A DNA stretch of 64,000 nucleotides from Minisyncoccota bacterium (GCA_041660025.1 JBAZXD010000002.1:68635-132634); one strand, 5' to 3'; positions 27,682-36,546 are shown, numbered from the stretch's first letter. Made by a program: numbers and translations. The notes: generated by a model from the letters alone, not told the origin.

Positions 27682-28605
27682 ATGGCGAACCGACATTTAG
27701 CGCGCTCAGTTGTTCTCCAGACGCTCTTCGAGTGGGACACCACCCGCGCGAGCGAGAAGGACACGTTTGCCATCCTCGCCCGTAACGTCGCGGAATTTGG
27801 CGGCGATGATGTTGATCAGCCGTTCATGGACAGCCTCCTCAAGGGTGTGCTCGCAAAGAAGGATGATATCGACCTTGTCATCGGCAAGGCGGCGCCTGAG
27901 TGGCCCCTAGAGCGTATCGCCCCAGTCGACCGCAATATCCTCCGGCTCGGGCTCTACGAGCTCCTCTTTGCTGACCGCACGCAGGTGCCGGCGAAGGTCG
28001 CTATTAATGAAGCTATCGAGCTCGCCAAGACCTTCGGCGGGGATTCATCCGGCCGGTTCGTCAACGGTGTCTTGGGCGCGGTCTATAAGGAGCTCGGCGA
28101 GCCGGGCAAGGATGAGCAGGGAGCGAAGAAGGTGAAGCGCGAGGAACTCCCGCTCGAGAAGATGGGCGGCGCTATCGTCTACGCCAAGCACGATGGGCAG
28201 TATTATCTCGCGCTTGTGCACGACGTGTTCGGCCGCTGGACGCTCTCAAAGGGGCACATTGAGGAGGACGCCACGCCCGAGGCGGGCGTGGCGCGCGTCA
28301 TTAAGGAAGAGCTCGGGCTCACTGCCGTAGTGGAGAATCGCGTTGGCGAGAACGAGTACATCGCTTCGCATCCGGAGAAGGGGAAGGTTAGGAAGCACGT
28401 CTGGTTCTTCCTCGCTTCGAGCCAGTTCGAGCCCTTGATACTGAAGAAGAGCGGCGGGCTCGACGACGCGAAATGGTTCCGCCTCCAGGACATCATTGAC
28501 CTCAACTTCTACGATGATATGCTCCCCATCGTTACGGTGGCCGTTCAAAAGCTCCTCGATAAGGCGGGGAGTGAGAGAAGCCGCAGTGCACCAGCACATG
28601 CCTGA
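27682..28605 (+). CDS. nusB: NusB antitermination-factor domain fused to a C-terminal NUDIX hydrolase domain
   Basis: N-terminal 'MANRHLARSVVLQTLFEWD...APEWPLERIAPVDRNILRLGLYELLFADRTQVPAKVAINEAIELAKTFGGDSSGRFVNGVLG' is NusB. The C-terminal 'GGAIVYAKHDGQYYLALVHDVFGRWTLSKGHIEEDATPEAGVARVIKEELGL' carries the Nudix box GX5EX7REUXEEXGU. Confidence 0.8.
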   Translation: MANRHLARSVVLQTLFEWDTTRASEKDTFAILARNVAEFGGDDVDQPFMDSLLKGVLAKKDDIDLVIGKAAPEWPLERIAPVDRNILRLGLYELLFADRTQVPAKVAINEAIELAKTFGGDSSGRFVNGVLGAVYKELGEPGKDEQGAKKVKREELPLEKMGGAIVYAKHDGQYYLALVHDVFGRWTLSKGHIEEDATPEAGVARVIKEELGLTAVVENRVGENEYIASHPEKGKVRKHVWFFLASSQFEPLILKKSGGLDDAKWFRLQDIIDLNFYDDMLPIVTVAVQKLLDKAGSERSRSAPAHA

Positions 28606-29287
28606 TTTCCACACATTTGCAGAAAAACTCGGCCTTTCCTTTAACACTCTCGATCTCCTTATCGAGGCTTTGACGCACCGCTCGTACCTGAACGAGCACC
28701 GCGAGTACACCGGCTCCCACAACGAACGGCTCGAATTTCTCGGAGATGCAGTGCTCGAACTCGCCGCTACTGATTTCCTTTTTAAGAAATTTCCGACGAA
28801 GCCCGAGGGCGAGCTTACCGCGTACCGCGCCGCGCTCGTGAACACCGTCTCCTTGGCCGAGAGCGCACAACTGCTTGGCGTCAACGATTATTTACTGCTC
28901 TCGAAGGGTGAATCGAAGGATACTGGACGCGCGCGCGACGTAATCCTCGCGGACGCGTTCGAGGCCATCATCGGCGCGGTGTATCTCGACCAAGGGTTCG
29001 CGGCCGCCGAAGCGTTCATCGCGAAAAACATTTTTAATAAAATCGATAAGGTCATCGCAAATCGTTCGTACCAGGACGCGAAGAGTCGCTTCCAGGAAAT
29101 CGCACAGGAGAAGCGGGGCACCACGCCGTCATACGAAACGCTCTCTGAAATCGGTCCCGATCATAATAAGCGCTTTACCGTCGGCGTCTTCATCGGTTCC
29201 GAGGAGATCGCCCGCGGAGAAGGGCAGTCGAAACAGGAGGCGGAACAGGCTGCGGCTCAAGCAGGCCTTGACAAAACTGGGTGGTAG
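28598..29287 (+). CDS. rnc: ribonuclease III
   Basis: 'LTHRSYLNEHREYTGSHNERLEFLGDAVLELAATDFLFKKFP...EGELT' is the RNase III signature, with a C-terminal dsRBD 'KSRFQEIAQEKRGTTPSYETLSEIGPDHNKRFTVGVFIGSEEIARGEGQSKQEAEQAAAQ'. Overlaps nusB-nudix by 8 nt. Confidence 0.9.
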   Translation: MPDFHTFAEKLGLSFNTLDLLIEALTHRSYLNEHREYTGSHNERLEFLGDAVLELAATDFLFKKFPTKPEGELTAYRAALVNTVSLAESAQLLGVNDYLLLSKGESKDTGRARDVILADAFEAIIGAVYLDQGFAAAEAFIAKNIFNKIDKVIANRSYQDAKSRFQEIAQEKRGTTPSYETLSEIGPDHNKRFTVGVFIGSEEIARGEGQSKQEAEQAAAQAGLDKTGW

Positions 29288-29356
29288 GTTCATAATTTAA
29301 CCAGAACAGGAGCTGATGAATTCCTCGTCGGCAGAACCTTTGCGAGGTAATTGAAT

Positions 29357-29497
29357 ATGTTTAAATTCAGAACGTGGAAGACTGTACTGCCTGTAGCTTT
29401 TGGTGGTGCCGTTTATGTGGCAACTAAAGGAAACATCCCAGCCACGACCATGATTGCCTTCCTTACCGCATTTGTGATTACGGTATGTGGAATATGA
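29357..29497 (+). CDS. possible 46-aa small hydrophobic protein (not in the ORF track)
   Basis: ATG 29357 to TGA 29495-29497 encodes 'MFKFRTWKTVLPVAFGGAVYVATKGNIPATTMIAFLTAFVITVCGI'. It lies in an AT-rich spacer and is followed by the 29515..29546 terminator. Confidence 0.3.
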   Translation: MFKFRTWKTVLPVAFGGAVYVATKGNIPATTMIAFLTAFVITVCGI

Positions 29498-29514
29498 TGG
29501 ACAGTCACACCGAC

Positions 29515-29546
29515 ACGCCCTCCACCGAGAGGGCGTTTTGTTTTTA
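29515..29546 (+). terminator. rho-independent terminator
   Basis: ACGCCCTC-CACCGA-GAGGGCGT followed by TTTGTTTTTA. Confidence 0.6.
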
Positions 29547-29564
29547 TGGGTTATAATAAAATGA

Positions 29565-31775
29565 ATGTTGAAGCGACTGGAGATAGTCGGATTTAAATCA
29601 TTCGCCAAGAAGACGGTCTTGGACTTTTCGAATGCGACCACGGCGATAGTGGGGCCGAACGGCTCGGGCAAATCAAATGTCGCTGAGGCGTTTCGCTTCG
29701 CGCTCGGCGAGCAGTCGATGAAGAGTATGCGCGGCAAGCGCGCCGAGGATCTCATCTGGGGCGGTTCGCACACCGCGCCGCGGGCGAACCGCGCTTCGGT
29801 CGCCATCATCTTCGACAACTCGCGCCGGCAGTTCAAGATAGATTTCGACGAAGTGTCCCTCGAGCGGGCGGTCTTCCGCGACGGGACGAGCGAATATTCT
29901 ATCAACGGCTCGCGTGTCCGGCTCCGCGACATCGAGGAGCTGCTTGCCGGTGCGAATATCGGCGAGACGGGGCACCACATCATCTCCCAGGGCGAGGCCG
30001 ATCGGATACTGCTCGCCAGCCCTCGCGACCGGCGCGCGATGCTCGAGGACGCGCTCGGGCTTAAAATCTATGAATTCAAGAAGCAGGAGGCGACGAAGAA
30101 GCTCGGGAAAACCGAGGAGAATATCTCGCAGGTGAATTCGCTCCGCCGAGAGCTCGCGCCGCATCTGCGCTTCCTCGAGAATCAGGTGAAGAAGCTCGAG
30201 CGTGCCGACGCTCTGCGCATCGAGCTCGTCGGCCTCGCCCAGACCTATTTCGCCATCGAGGACGTCTATATCGCACAGGAGAAATCGAAAGTTGCGGGAG
30301 AGAAACGCGATGCGACGGAACGGCTCGCGGTGGTAAGTGCCGAGCTCGACCGGGTCGCCGACCCGAAGTCGGCTGACCAGGGGACGATTACGCGCACCGA
30401 AGCATTGCGAAAGGCGGAGCGCGAAGTCTCCGAGCTTTCCGGAGAACGTGCGACGCTCTCGCGCGAGATGGGTCGTATCGAGGGCGCGCTCGCCGAGGTG
30501 AAGCGCCGCGCCACCCTGGTTGCGCGCGAGCCGTATGCGAAGGTGCCGCGCGAGGAGCTCGAGGCCCTGCATACCGAAGTGGAGCGGCAGGCGGAGAACG
30601 TCGGAAGCAATATCGAATCCCTGCGCGCCGCGCTCGACGCCATCCGCGCGGCGGTGAAGTTCTTCTTCAGCCGGCACGGCGCGCCGGGCGACGACCGATT
30701 CTCTGAAGAGGAGGACTCAGCGTTCAGACTTGAGGCGGAACGCGCCGCGCTCGCCGAGAAATATGCAACGATTTCCGCCGGTCTCGAACGGGCAGAAACG
30801 GCACGCGCGCGTTCCCGCGAAGCGATGGTCGCACTCGAAGAGACCGACCGCGAGGTTCGGCGTCGCATTCTCGATTCCGCTCAGGCCAAGGCACACGAGG
30901 AGGGCACTGTCGCAAAGGCCACTGCAAGGGAGTACGAGCTCTCGCTCCTCGCTGAAGCGCTCGAACGCGAGAAGGGAGAGGTGCTCGCGATAGGTGGCGC
31001 CGCGACCGTCTCCTACGCCCCGGTAACGCATCTGCCCGACGAAGACCGTAAGACGCAGGAAGAACGCAAACGGTCTCTCGAACGTACGAAAATTCGCCTC
31101 GAAGAAGCGGGAGGCACGGGCGAGGAGATACGACAGGAGCACAAGGAGGTGTCCGAGCGCGAAGCGTTCCTCGCGACTGAGCTCGACGACCTCGCGAAGT
31201 CAGCCGCGGGATTAAAAGCACTCATCGACGACCTCGATACGGAATTGCAGAAGCATTTCTCCGAGGGGCTTGCTTCGGTCAATGCGTCATTCGGCGAATA
31301 CTTCGCGCTTATGTTCGGCGGCGGCGGTGCCCGACTCACGCTCGAAGAACCTGAAGAGCCTGAGGAACTAGACGGAGAAGAGCAAGAAGAATTTAATGAT
31401 GAACCAAGGGAGAAGGAGCGTCCGGGCATCGAGATCGCCGTCAACCTGCCGAAGAAGAAAGTGCGTTCGCTGATGCAGCTCTCGGGCGGCGAGCGCGCGC
31501 TCACGAGTATCGCGCTCATCTTCGCGATGAGTCAGGTGAACCCGCCGCCGTTTTTGATACTGGACGAGACCGACGCCGCTCTCGATGAAGCCAACAGTCG
31601 CCGCTACGGCGATATGATAGAGAACCTCGCGAAGAAGTCCCAGCTCATCGTCATCACCCACAACCGCGAGACGATGAGCCGCACGAGCATCCTCTACGGC
31701 GTCACGATGGGCGCTGATGGTATCAGTAAGCTCCTCTCGGTGAAGTTCGACGAAGCGGTGGCAGTTGCGAAGTAG
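29565..31775 (+). CDS. smc: SMC-family chromosome segregation ATPase, short form of 736 aa
   Basis: Walker A 'IVGPNGSGKSNVAEAFRFALGEQS', long coiled coil, signature motif and Walker B 'LSGGERALTSIALIFAMSQVNPPPFLILDETDAALDEANSRRYGDMI'. It is much shorter than canonical SMC; a hinge-reduced or RecN/Rad50-like variant cannot be excluded. Confidence 0.8.
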   Translation: MLKRLEIVGFKSFAKKTVLDFSNATTAIVGPNGSGKSNVAEAFRFALGEQSMKSMRGKRAEDLIWGGSHTAPRANRASVAIIFDNSRRQFKIDFDEVSLERAVFRDGTSEYSINGSRVRLRDIEELLAGANIGETGHHIISQGEADRILLASPRDRRAMLEDALGLKIYEFKKQEATKKLGKTEENISQVNSLRRELAPHLRFLENQVKKLERADALRIELVGLAQTYFAIEDVYIAQEKSKVAGEKRDATERLAVVSAELDRVADPKSADQGTITRTEALRKAEREVSELSGERATLSREMGRIEGALAEVKRRATLVAREPYAKVPREELEALHTEVERQAENVGSNIESLRAALDAIRAAVKFFFSRHGAPGDDRFSEEEDSAFRLEAERAALAEKYATISAGLERAETARARSREAMVALEETDREVRRRILDSAQAKAHEEGTVAKATAREYELSLLAEALEREKGEVLAIGGAATVSYAPVTHLPDEDRKTQEERKRSLERTKIRLEEAGGTGEEIRQEHKEVSEREAFLATELDDLAKSAAGLKALIDDLDTELQKHFSEGLASVNASFGEYFALMFGGGGARLTLEEPEEPEELDGEEQEEFNDEPREKERPGIEIAVNLPKKKVRSLMQLSGGERALTSIALIFAMSQVNPPPFLILDETDAALDEANSRRYGDMIENLAKKSQLIVITHNRETMSRTSILYGVTMGADGISKLLSVKFDEAVAVAK

Positions 31776-31802
31776 GTCCGCTTGAAAGCTGGGCGTCTAA
31801 AT

Positions 31803-31831
31803 CGAACGGCTCAGACCCCGTCTGAGCCGTT
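31803..31831. repeat. palindromic hairpin element between convergent smc and rnr, copy 1 of 2 (the second copy is at 62074..62102)
   Basis: CGAACGGCTCAGAC-CCC-GTCTGAGCCGTT. The 29-nt string is identical at 62074..62102. It sits exactly at the rnr stop codon and probably acts as a bidirectional terminator. Confidence 0.7.
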
Positions 31832-33786
31832 CAAATCGGTACGAAATCGAGCTCTTTTTCGGCGAGACGTGCGGCGGTGAGCTTCACCTTGATGGGGTCG
31901 CCGAGGCGATATGACTTCTTCGTGCGGCGGCCGAGGAGCTGATAATTTTTCTCATCGTATTCAAAATAATCATCACCGACGTCCTTCACGCGTATCATAC
32001 CGTCGGCGTGCGTCGTCTGTTCCTCGACGTAGAGACCGCGCTCGGTCACGCCTGAGATGACGGCGTCAAATTCTTCGCCGATGCATGTCGAGAGGAACTC
32101 CACCTGCTTCATCTTGATAGAATCGCGCTCGGCGTCGGAGGCAGCGACCTCGCGCTCGGAACTGTGCAGAGCGAGCTTGTCGAACGCCTGCATTTCAGCT
32201 GGCGTTATCGGCGTGCCGCCCGCGTGCGCCTTGATGAGCCGGTGGATGACGAGGTCGGGGTAACGGCGTATCGGCGAGGTGAAGTGCGTATAGAAGTCGA
32301 AGGCAAGGCCGAAGTGGCCGATGTTGCGCGTGGTGTAGACAGCCTTGCTCATTGAGCGGAGGGTCGCCATCTTCACGAGGTATTCCTCGGGTTTGCCCTT
32401 CACCGACTCGAGAAGTTTGTTCAGTTCCGCGCCGGTGACGGTGCCCGCGCCCGAGGTCTGTAGGTGATAGCCCATCACGCGAAGCAGGTTCGCGAGATTC
32501 TCGATGCGGTCGGTGTCCGGCGCATCGTGAACGCGGTAGAGCGAATAGAAATGCGGGCCGCCGTTCTTGGTCAGCTTAGAAAGATGCTTGGCGACTGCCT
32601 CGTTCGCGAGCAACATAAAGTCCTCGATGAGGAGGTTGGTCGCCTTACGCTCTTTCAGGCGGATAGCGATGGGTTTGCCCTCCTTATCAAGCTCGACCTT
32701 CACTTCGGCGGTGTCGAATTCGATGGCGCCCTTGGCCTGTCGGCGTGCGCGGATCTTCTTCGAGAGCTCGAGAAGCGTCGAGAGCTCTTCGTGCATCGTG
32801 CCGGAGCCCGCATCCAACACTTCCTGGGCGTTCTCGTACGTAAAGCGTTTGTCGGAGTGGATGACCGTCTCGCCGAACCATACGTTCTGGATGTTCGCCT
32901 CGCTATCGAGCGTGAAGACCGCCGAGACCGCGAGGCGATCCTCATCCGGCTTCAGCGAACAGAGGTCGTTGCTGAGTACCTCGGGGAGCATCGGGATGGT
33001 GCGGTCGACGAGGTATACGCTCGTTGCGCGTGCGATGGCCTCCTTGTCGAGGTCGGTGCCGGGCGAAACAAAGTATGAGACATCGGCGATATGTACGCCA
33101 ACCTCGATTTTCCCGCCGGGAAGTTTTTGTACTGAAAGCGCGTCGTCAAAGTCCTTTGCATCGAAGGGGTCGATTGTACAGGTCGGCACTTTGGTAAAGT
33201 CGCGGCGTTTGAGATTCTTCGCTTCTTCGGCGAGAAGCGCGACGCCTTCGGCCTCAAGTCGTTTCGCATCTGCGACGACGCCGGGAGGGAAGTCGCTCGA
33301 GAATCCTTGGCCCAGAGCGAGCGCGCGCATCTCGGTCTCGTGCACACCCGCCTTGCCGATGACCTCGACGACGCTGCCAAGCGGATAATCTTTGTCGGCG
33401 GCCCACTCGCCGAGACGCACAAGCACTTTCTCGCCTAACTGCGCACCTCCTCTGTCCAGTATGACGAGAGGCACGTACATCTTCTTGTAGTCCGGTGCAA
33501 GCAGGGTGAGCCCGTTCTCTTCGACGAGTGTACCGACGAAGGTCTCGCGGGCGCGAGAGATGATCTCGACGACCTTACCCGCCTCCCGTGGAGGCATCGT
33601 CCCGCGCGGGTCGCGATAGGAGCCCGCCGGGGCGACTTTCACTATGTCGCCCGAGAGCGCGTGGTTCGTCCATTCGGGCGGGATGAGCAGGTCTTCTTTG
33701 TCCTCACCCACGGAGAAAAAGCCGAAACCTTTCCGGGTCATCGTGATAGGACCTTCGTAGATGGTATCTCCTGACATTTCCGTCAC
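31831..33786 (-). CDS. rnr: ribonuclease R (RNB-family 3'-5' exoribonuclease)
   Basis: N-terminal cold-shock-like 'TRKGFGFFSV', an RNB catalytic domain, and a C-terminal S1 domain 'GDPIKVKLTAARLAEKELDFVPI'. Confidence 0.88.
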   Translation of the reverse strand: MTEMSGDTIYEGPITMTRKGFGFFSVGEDKEDLLIPPEWTNHALSGDIVKVAPAGSYRDPRGTMPPREAGKVVEIISRARETFVGTLVEENGLTLLAPDYKKMYVPLVILDRGGAQLGEKVLVRLGEWAADKDYPLGSVVEVIGKAGVHETEMRALALGQGFSSDFPPGVVADAKRLEAEGVALLAEEAKNLKRRDFTKVPTCTIDPFDAKDFDDALSVQKLPGGKIEVGVHIADVSYFVSPGTDLDKEAIARATSVYLVDRTIPMLPEVLSNDLCSLKPDEDRLAVSAVFTLDSEANIQNVWFGETVIHSDKRFTYENAQEVLDAGSGTMHEELSTLLELSKKIRARRQAKGAIEFDTAEVKVELDKEGKPIAIRLKERKATNLLIEDFMLLANEAVAKHLSKLTKNGGPHFYSLYRVHDAPDTDRIENLANLLRVMGYHLQTSGAGTVTGAELNKLLESVKGKPEEYLVKMATLRSMSKAVYTTRNIGHFGLAFDFYTHFTSPIRRYPDLVIHRLIKAHAGGTPITPAEMQAFDKLALHSSEREVAASDAERDSIKMKQVEFLSTCIGEEFDAVISGVTERGLYVEEQTTHADGMIRVKDVGDDYFEYDEKNYQLLGRRTKKSYRLGDPIKVKLTAARLAEKELDFVPI

Positions 33787-33845
33787 TGTAGCAAATTATC
33801 AGGCTATTTGCGATTTCGGTACCGTTCTGGTACAGTTCTGCCTAC

Positions 33846-34331
33846 ATGTTGATGATTCGTTTCCAGCGCATCGGCCGGACCAATGATCCGGCGTTTCGCA
33901 TTGTCGTCCTCGAGAAGGAGCGCGCGGCGAAGGCCGGTAATATCGTCGAACTCCTCGGCACCTACAACCCGCGGAGCAAGGCGCTCACGCTGAACGAGGA
34001 GAGCGTAAAGGGCTGGATGGCCAAGGGTGCCCAGCCGACGGACTCCATTCGCAACCTCCTTATCAATAAGAAAGTCATCGAAGGGAAGAAAGTGAACGCG
34101 CTCCCGAAGAGGACGCCGCAGAAGAATGAGGCGAAAATAGCGGCCGAAGCGGCAGCAGCCGAGGCAGCGAAAGTGGCCGCAGCAGCGGCGAAGGCGGAAG
34201 CAGAGGTTCCGGCAGAAGTAGAAGCTCCGACCGAGGCAGAAGTCGCCGCGGAAGCCGAGCCGGCTGTTGAGGAAGCGCCCGCAGAAGTTCCGGTAGTCGA
34301 AGAGACTCCCGCCGAAACTCCGGCAGCCTAA
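33846..34331 (+). CDS. rpsP: 30S ribosomal protein S16 with an Ala/Glu/Pro-rich C-terminal extension
   Basis: 'MIRFQRIGRTNDPAFRIVVLEKERAAKAGNIVELLGTYNP' is S16. It is followed by about 70 aa 'AAEAAAAEAAKVAAAAAKAEAEVPAEVEAPTEAEV...'. Confidence 0.85.
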   Translation: MLMIRFQRIGRTNDPAFRIVVLEKERAAKAGNIVELLGTYNPRSKALTLNEESVKGWMAKGAQPTDSIRNLLINKKVIEGKKVNALPKRTPQKNEAKIAAEAAAAEAAKVAAAAAKAEAEVPAEVEAPTEAEVAAEAEPAVEEAPAEVPVVEETPAETPAA

Positions 34332-34365
34332 CTCATCGCCCTGGTGGCGGTGCTAACATATCCCT

Positions 34366-34665
34366 ATGGAACCAGACCAAGCACTACTCGAATACGCGGT
34401 AAAGGCGATTGTTGACCATCCTGAAGCAGTCGAGACGACGCGCACCATCGACCAGATGGGCGTTCTGCTTACTCTCACCGTCCATCCCGAGGATATGGGC
34501 AAGATCATCGGCAAGAGCGGTAAGACCGCCGAGGCGCTCCGCATCCTCCTGCGCGTCGCTGGTATGAAAGGGAACGCGCGCGTGAACCTCAAGATAAACG
34601 AGCCCGTCGGCGGCAAGCGCGATCCGGAAATAAAAACCGTCGACCAAGTCGTGGAAGAATTGTAA
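34366..34665 (+). CDS. KH-domain RNA-binding protein (YlqC/UPF0109 family)
   Basis: 'LLEYAVKAIVDHPEAVETTRTIDQMGVLLTLTVHPEDMGKIIGKSGKTAEALRILLR' carries the KH GxxG motif 'IGKSGK'. Its position between rpsP and trmD is the conserved one. Confidence 0.82.
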   Translation: MEPDQALLEYAVKAIVDHPEAVETTRTIDQMGVLLTLTVHPEDMGKIIGKSGKTAEALRILLRVAGMKGNARVNLKINEPVGGKRDPEIKTVDQVVEEL

Positions 34666-34750
34666 TCGCTCGGAGGTTCGTAATTTCGGATAGCGTTACG
34701 CTTCGCTGCACTAGGCATTTCAACTATCCGAAATCACAAACCTCTCGCTC

Positions 34751-35407
34751 ATGAAATTCCATCTCATTACATTGTTTCAAGACGCGTGCGACGCGTATTT
34801 AAGCGCGTCTATCATCGGGCGCGCGCGGAAGGAAAAAAAGATTACAATAAAATACCAGAACCCCCGCGACTTCGTCGCGGGACCGGCGGGGAGCTATAAG
34901 AAGGTGGACGAGCGCCCGTACGGCGGTGGCCCGGGAATGGTGATGTCAGCCATGCCTGTCATCAAAGCCGTGGAGAAAGCGCTGAAAGGGAAGAAGGCGA
35001 AACCCGTCATCATCTGGTTCAGCCCGGGAGGGAAGCAGTTTACGAATAAAGACGCCGACGCGCTCGCGAAATACAGCGACGTGGTGCTCGTGTGCGGTCG
35101 GTACGAGGGCATAGACGAACGCGCGAAGAAGATATTAAAGACGCTCGCGTCGGTGAAAGAGTTTGCCGTGGGCGAAGCCGTGTACACGGGCGGGGAAGTC
35201 CCGGCGCTCGCGATAGTAGACGCCGTCACGCGCCGTCTGCCCGGCGTCCTCGGCAAGGACGCTTCCATAGAGGAGCGCCGCATCGCCTCTTCTGCCGTCT
35301 ATACCCGCCCCGAAACCATTTTGTATAAAAAGAAGAAGTATCGCGTCCCGAAGGTTCTCCAAACCGGCCATCACGCCAAGATAGATGCATGGAGGGAGAA
35401 ACAGTGA
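34751..35407 (+). CDS. trmD: tRNA (guanine37-N1)-methyltransferase
   Basis: SPOUT fold 'YGGGPGMVMSAMPVIKAVEKAL', 'VCGRYEGIDERA' and a C-terminal 'VLQTGHHAKIDAWREKQ' (cf. TrmD 'VLLSGNHAEIRRWR'). Confidence 0.88.
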   Translation: MKFHLITLFQDACDAYLSASIIGRARKEKKITIKYQNPRDFVAGPAGSYKKVDERPYGGGPGMVMSAMPVIKAVEKALKGKKAKPVIIWFSPGGKQFTNKDADALAKYSDVVLVCGRYEGIDERAKKILKTLASVKEFAVGEAVYTGGEVPALAIVDAVTRRLPGVLGKDASIEERRIASSAVYTRPETILYKKKKYRVPKVLQTGHHAKIDAWREKQ

Positions 35408-35735
35408 TACGCTTGATACGTGCAAATTTGATAAGGAGATAATTGTGAAGATAGAGTTCTTTACGAACCCCGCGGCGTTGAAAGTCGGAAGTCTCGTCGC
35501 CGGGCCATCGGCACTAACAGACATACGGTTGTTCGGCATGATTGGCACGCCGCTCTACGAGATCACCGAAATCGTTAATCGGCGCGTTCTGTGGGTCAAG
35601 ATGCACTACGCCAAACTCCGCCGCTTGTCTGACGGGGAAGTGCTCAAAATCGACCTGAACTCGCCCAGCGATTTCTTCGCGCGATCTACACCAACGGACC
35701 TGCGAGAAAATTGGGCACAAATCAACCCAATCTGA
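35385..35735 (+). CDS. hypothetical protein in an AT-rich insert downstream of trmD
   Basis: 116-aa ORF; a GTG at about 35446 is a more plausible start ('VKIEFFTNPAALKVG...'). No family recognised. It is in the same frame as the duplicated trmD tail at 35790..35849. Confidence 0.35.
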   Translation: MHGGRNSDTLDTCKFDKEIIVKIEFFTNPAALKVGSLVAGPSALTDIRLFGMIGTPLYEITEIVNRRVLWVKMHYAKLRRLSDGEVLKIDLNSPSDFFARSTPTDLRENWAQINPI

Positions 35736-35789
35736 TTTCCACCACCTCACGGCCACATTCGCCCCGTCCAAAACGGGGCTTTCCTTTAT

Positions 35790-35849
35790 CCAAAAGTCCT
35801 CCAAACCGGCCACCACGCAAACATTGACAAGTGGAGAGAAAAGAGGTAG
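35790..35849 (+). repeat. degenerate duplicate of the trmD 3' end (encodes 'PKVLQTGHHANIDKWREKR*')
   Basis: About 75% nt identity to 35348..35407 ('PKVLQTGHHAKIDAWREKQ*'), including an identical 14-mer CTCCAAACCGGCCA. The differences are largely synonymous. Confidence 0.65.
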
Positions 35850-35928
35850 CATAACTTCAACGTCGCTTGTTCTTTTCCCATCTTGGCAAGCAGGTTCGCG
35901 ACGTTACTGCGGGTCCAAGGAGAAATAA

Positions 35929-36309
35929 ATGAAGTTCCATACTGTCACTATCCCTCTAACTATGACACGGGCTGATGAAGTGAATCCGCATATGAGTGGT
36001 TTTGTGAACGAAGTGAGAAGGATGCGGATACAACGTAAGGCCCGGGTGTACCAAACTTATGTGAACGACGGCGACAAGAAATACGCATTCGTCACCACCT
36101 CCAAGGATTTGCATCTCGGTCTTGGCGAAATGACGAAAGAAGCACAAGTACTTCTGACCAAGCTTCTCGAGTACGAATTTGCCCGAGGAAACTTTGGGCA
36201 ACTGATACTTGGCATTCAGAAAGACGAAGGCGACGAATGCAACTATACGCTGGTTGCCATGTCGACGTATCTCGGTGAGATCAGTTTCGGATTCTCGCCT
36301 ACCCGCTAA
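35929..36309 (+). CDS. hypothetical protein (orphan ORF in an AT-rich region upstream of rpoB)
   Basis: 126-aa ORF 'MKFHTVTIPLTMTRADEVNPHMSGFVNEVRRMRIQRKARVYQTYVNDGDKKYAF...'. No family recognised. GC is lower than in the core genes. Confidence 0.45.
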   Translation: MKFHTVTIPLTMTRADEVNPHMSGFVNEVRRMRIQRKARVYQTYVNDGDKKYAFVTTSKDLHLGLGEMTKEAQVLLTKLLEYEFARGNFGQLILGIQKDEGDECNYTLVAMSTYLGEISFGFSPTR

Positions 36310-36546
36310 TCAACTAGAAACCGCGCCACTCCGGTATATGGGTGGTTTTTTGTTGTCCACACATGGGCTTGCGGGAAAAGGTGGGGGGTGGTAGGTTGGG
36401 GGAACAAGATACGACTGAGTAGCGGAGGGCGGGGCGACAGATTCATACGGGAACCGAAGAAAAACGCATAAGCGCAAGCGGATTTATTTCCGTGCGTTCG
36501 CATTTCTATATTTTGCTTTTTAATTAACAACCTCACGCCACGACTC

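Noticed and set aside
36310-36546. Terminator or regulatory RNA immediately upstream of rpoB
   Set aside because: Only weak, imperfect hairpins were found (e.g. CCAC...GGTGGTTTTTTG), and I could not define a convincing stem. It may simply be the rpoB promoter or leader.
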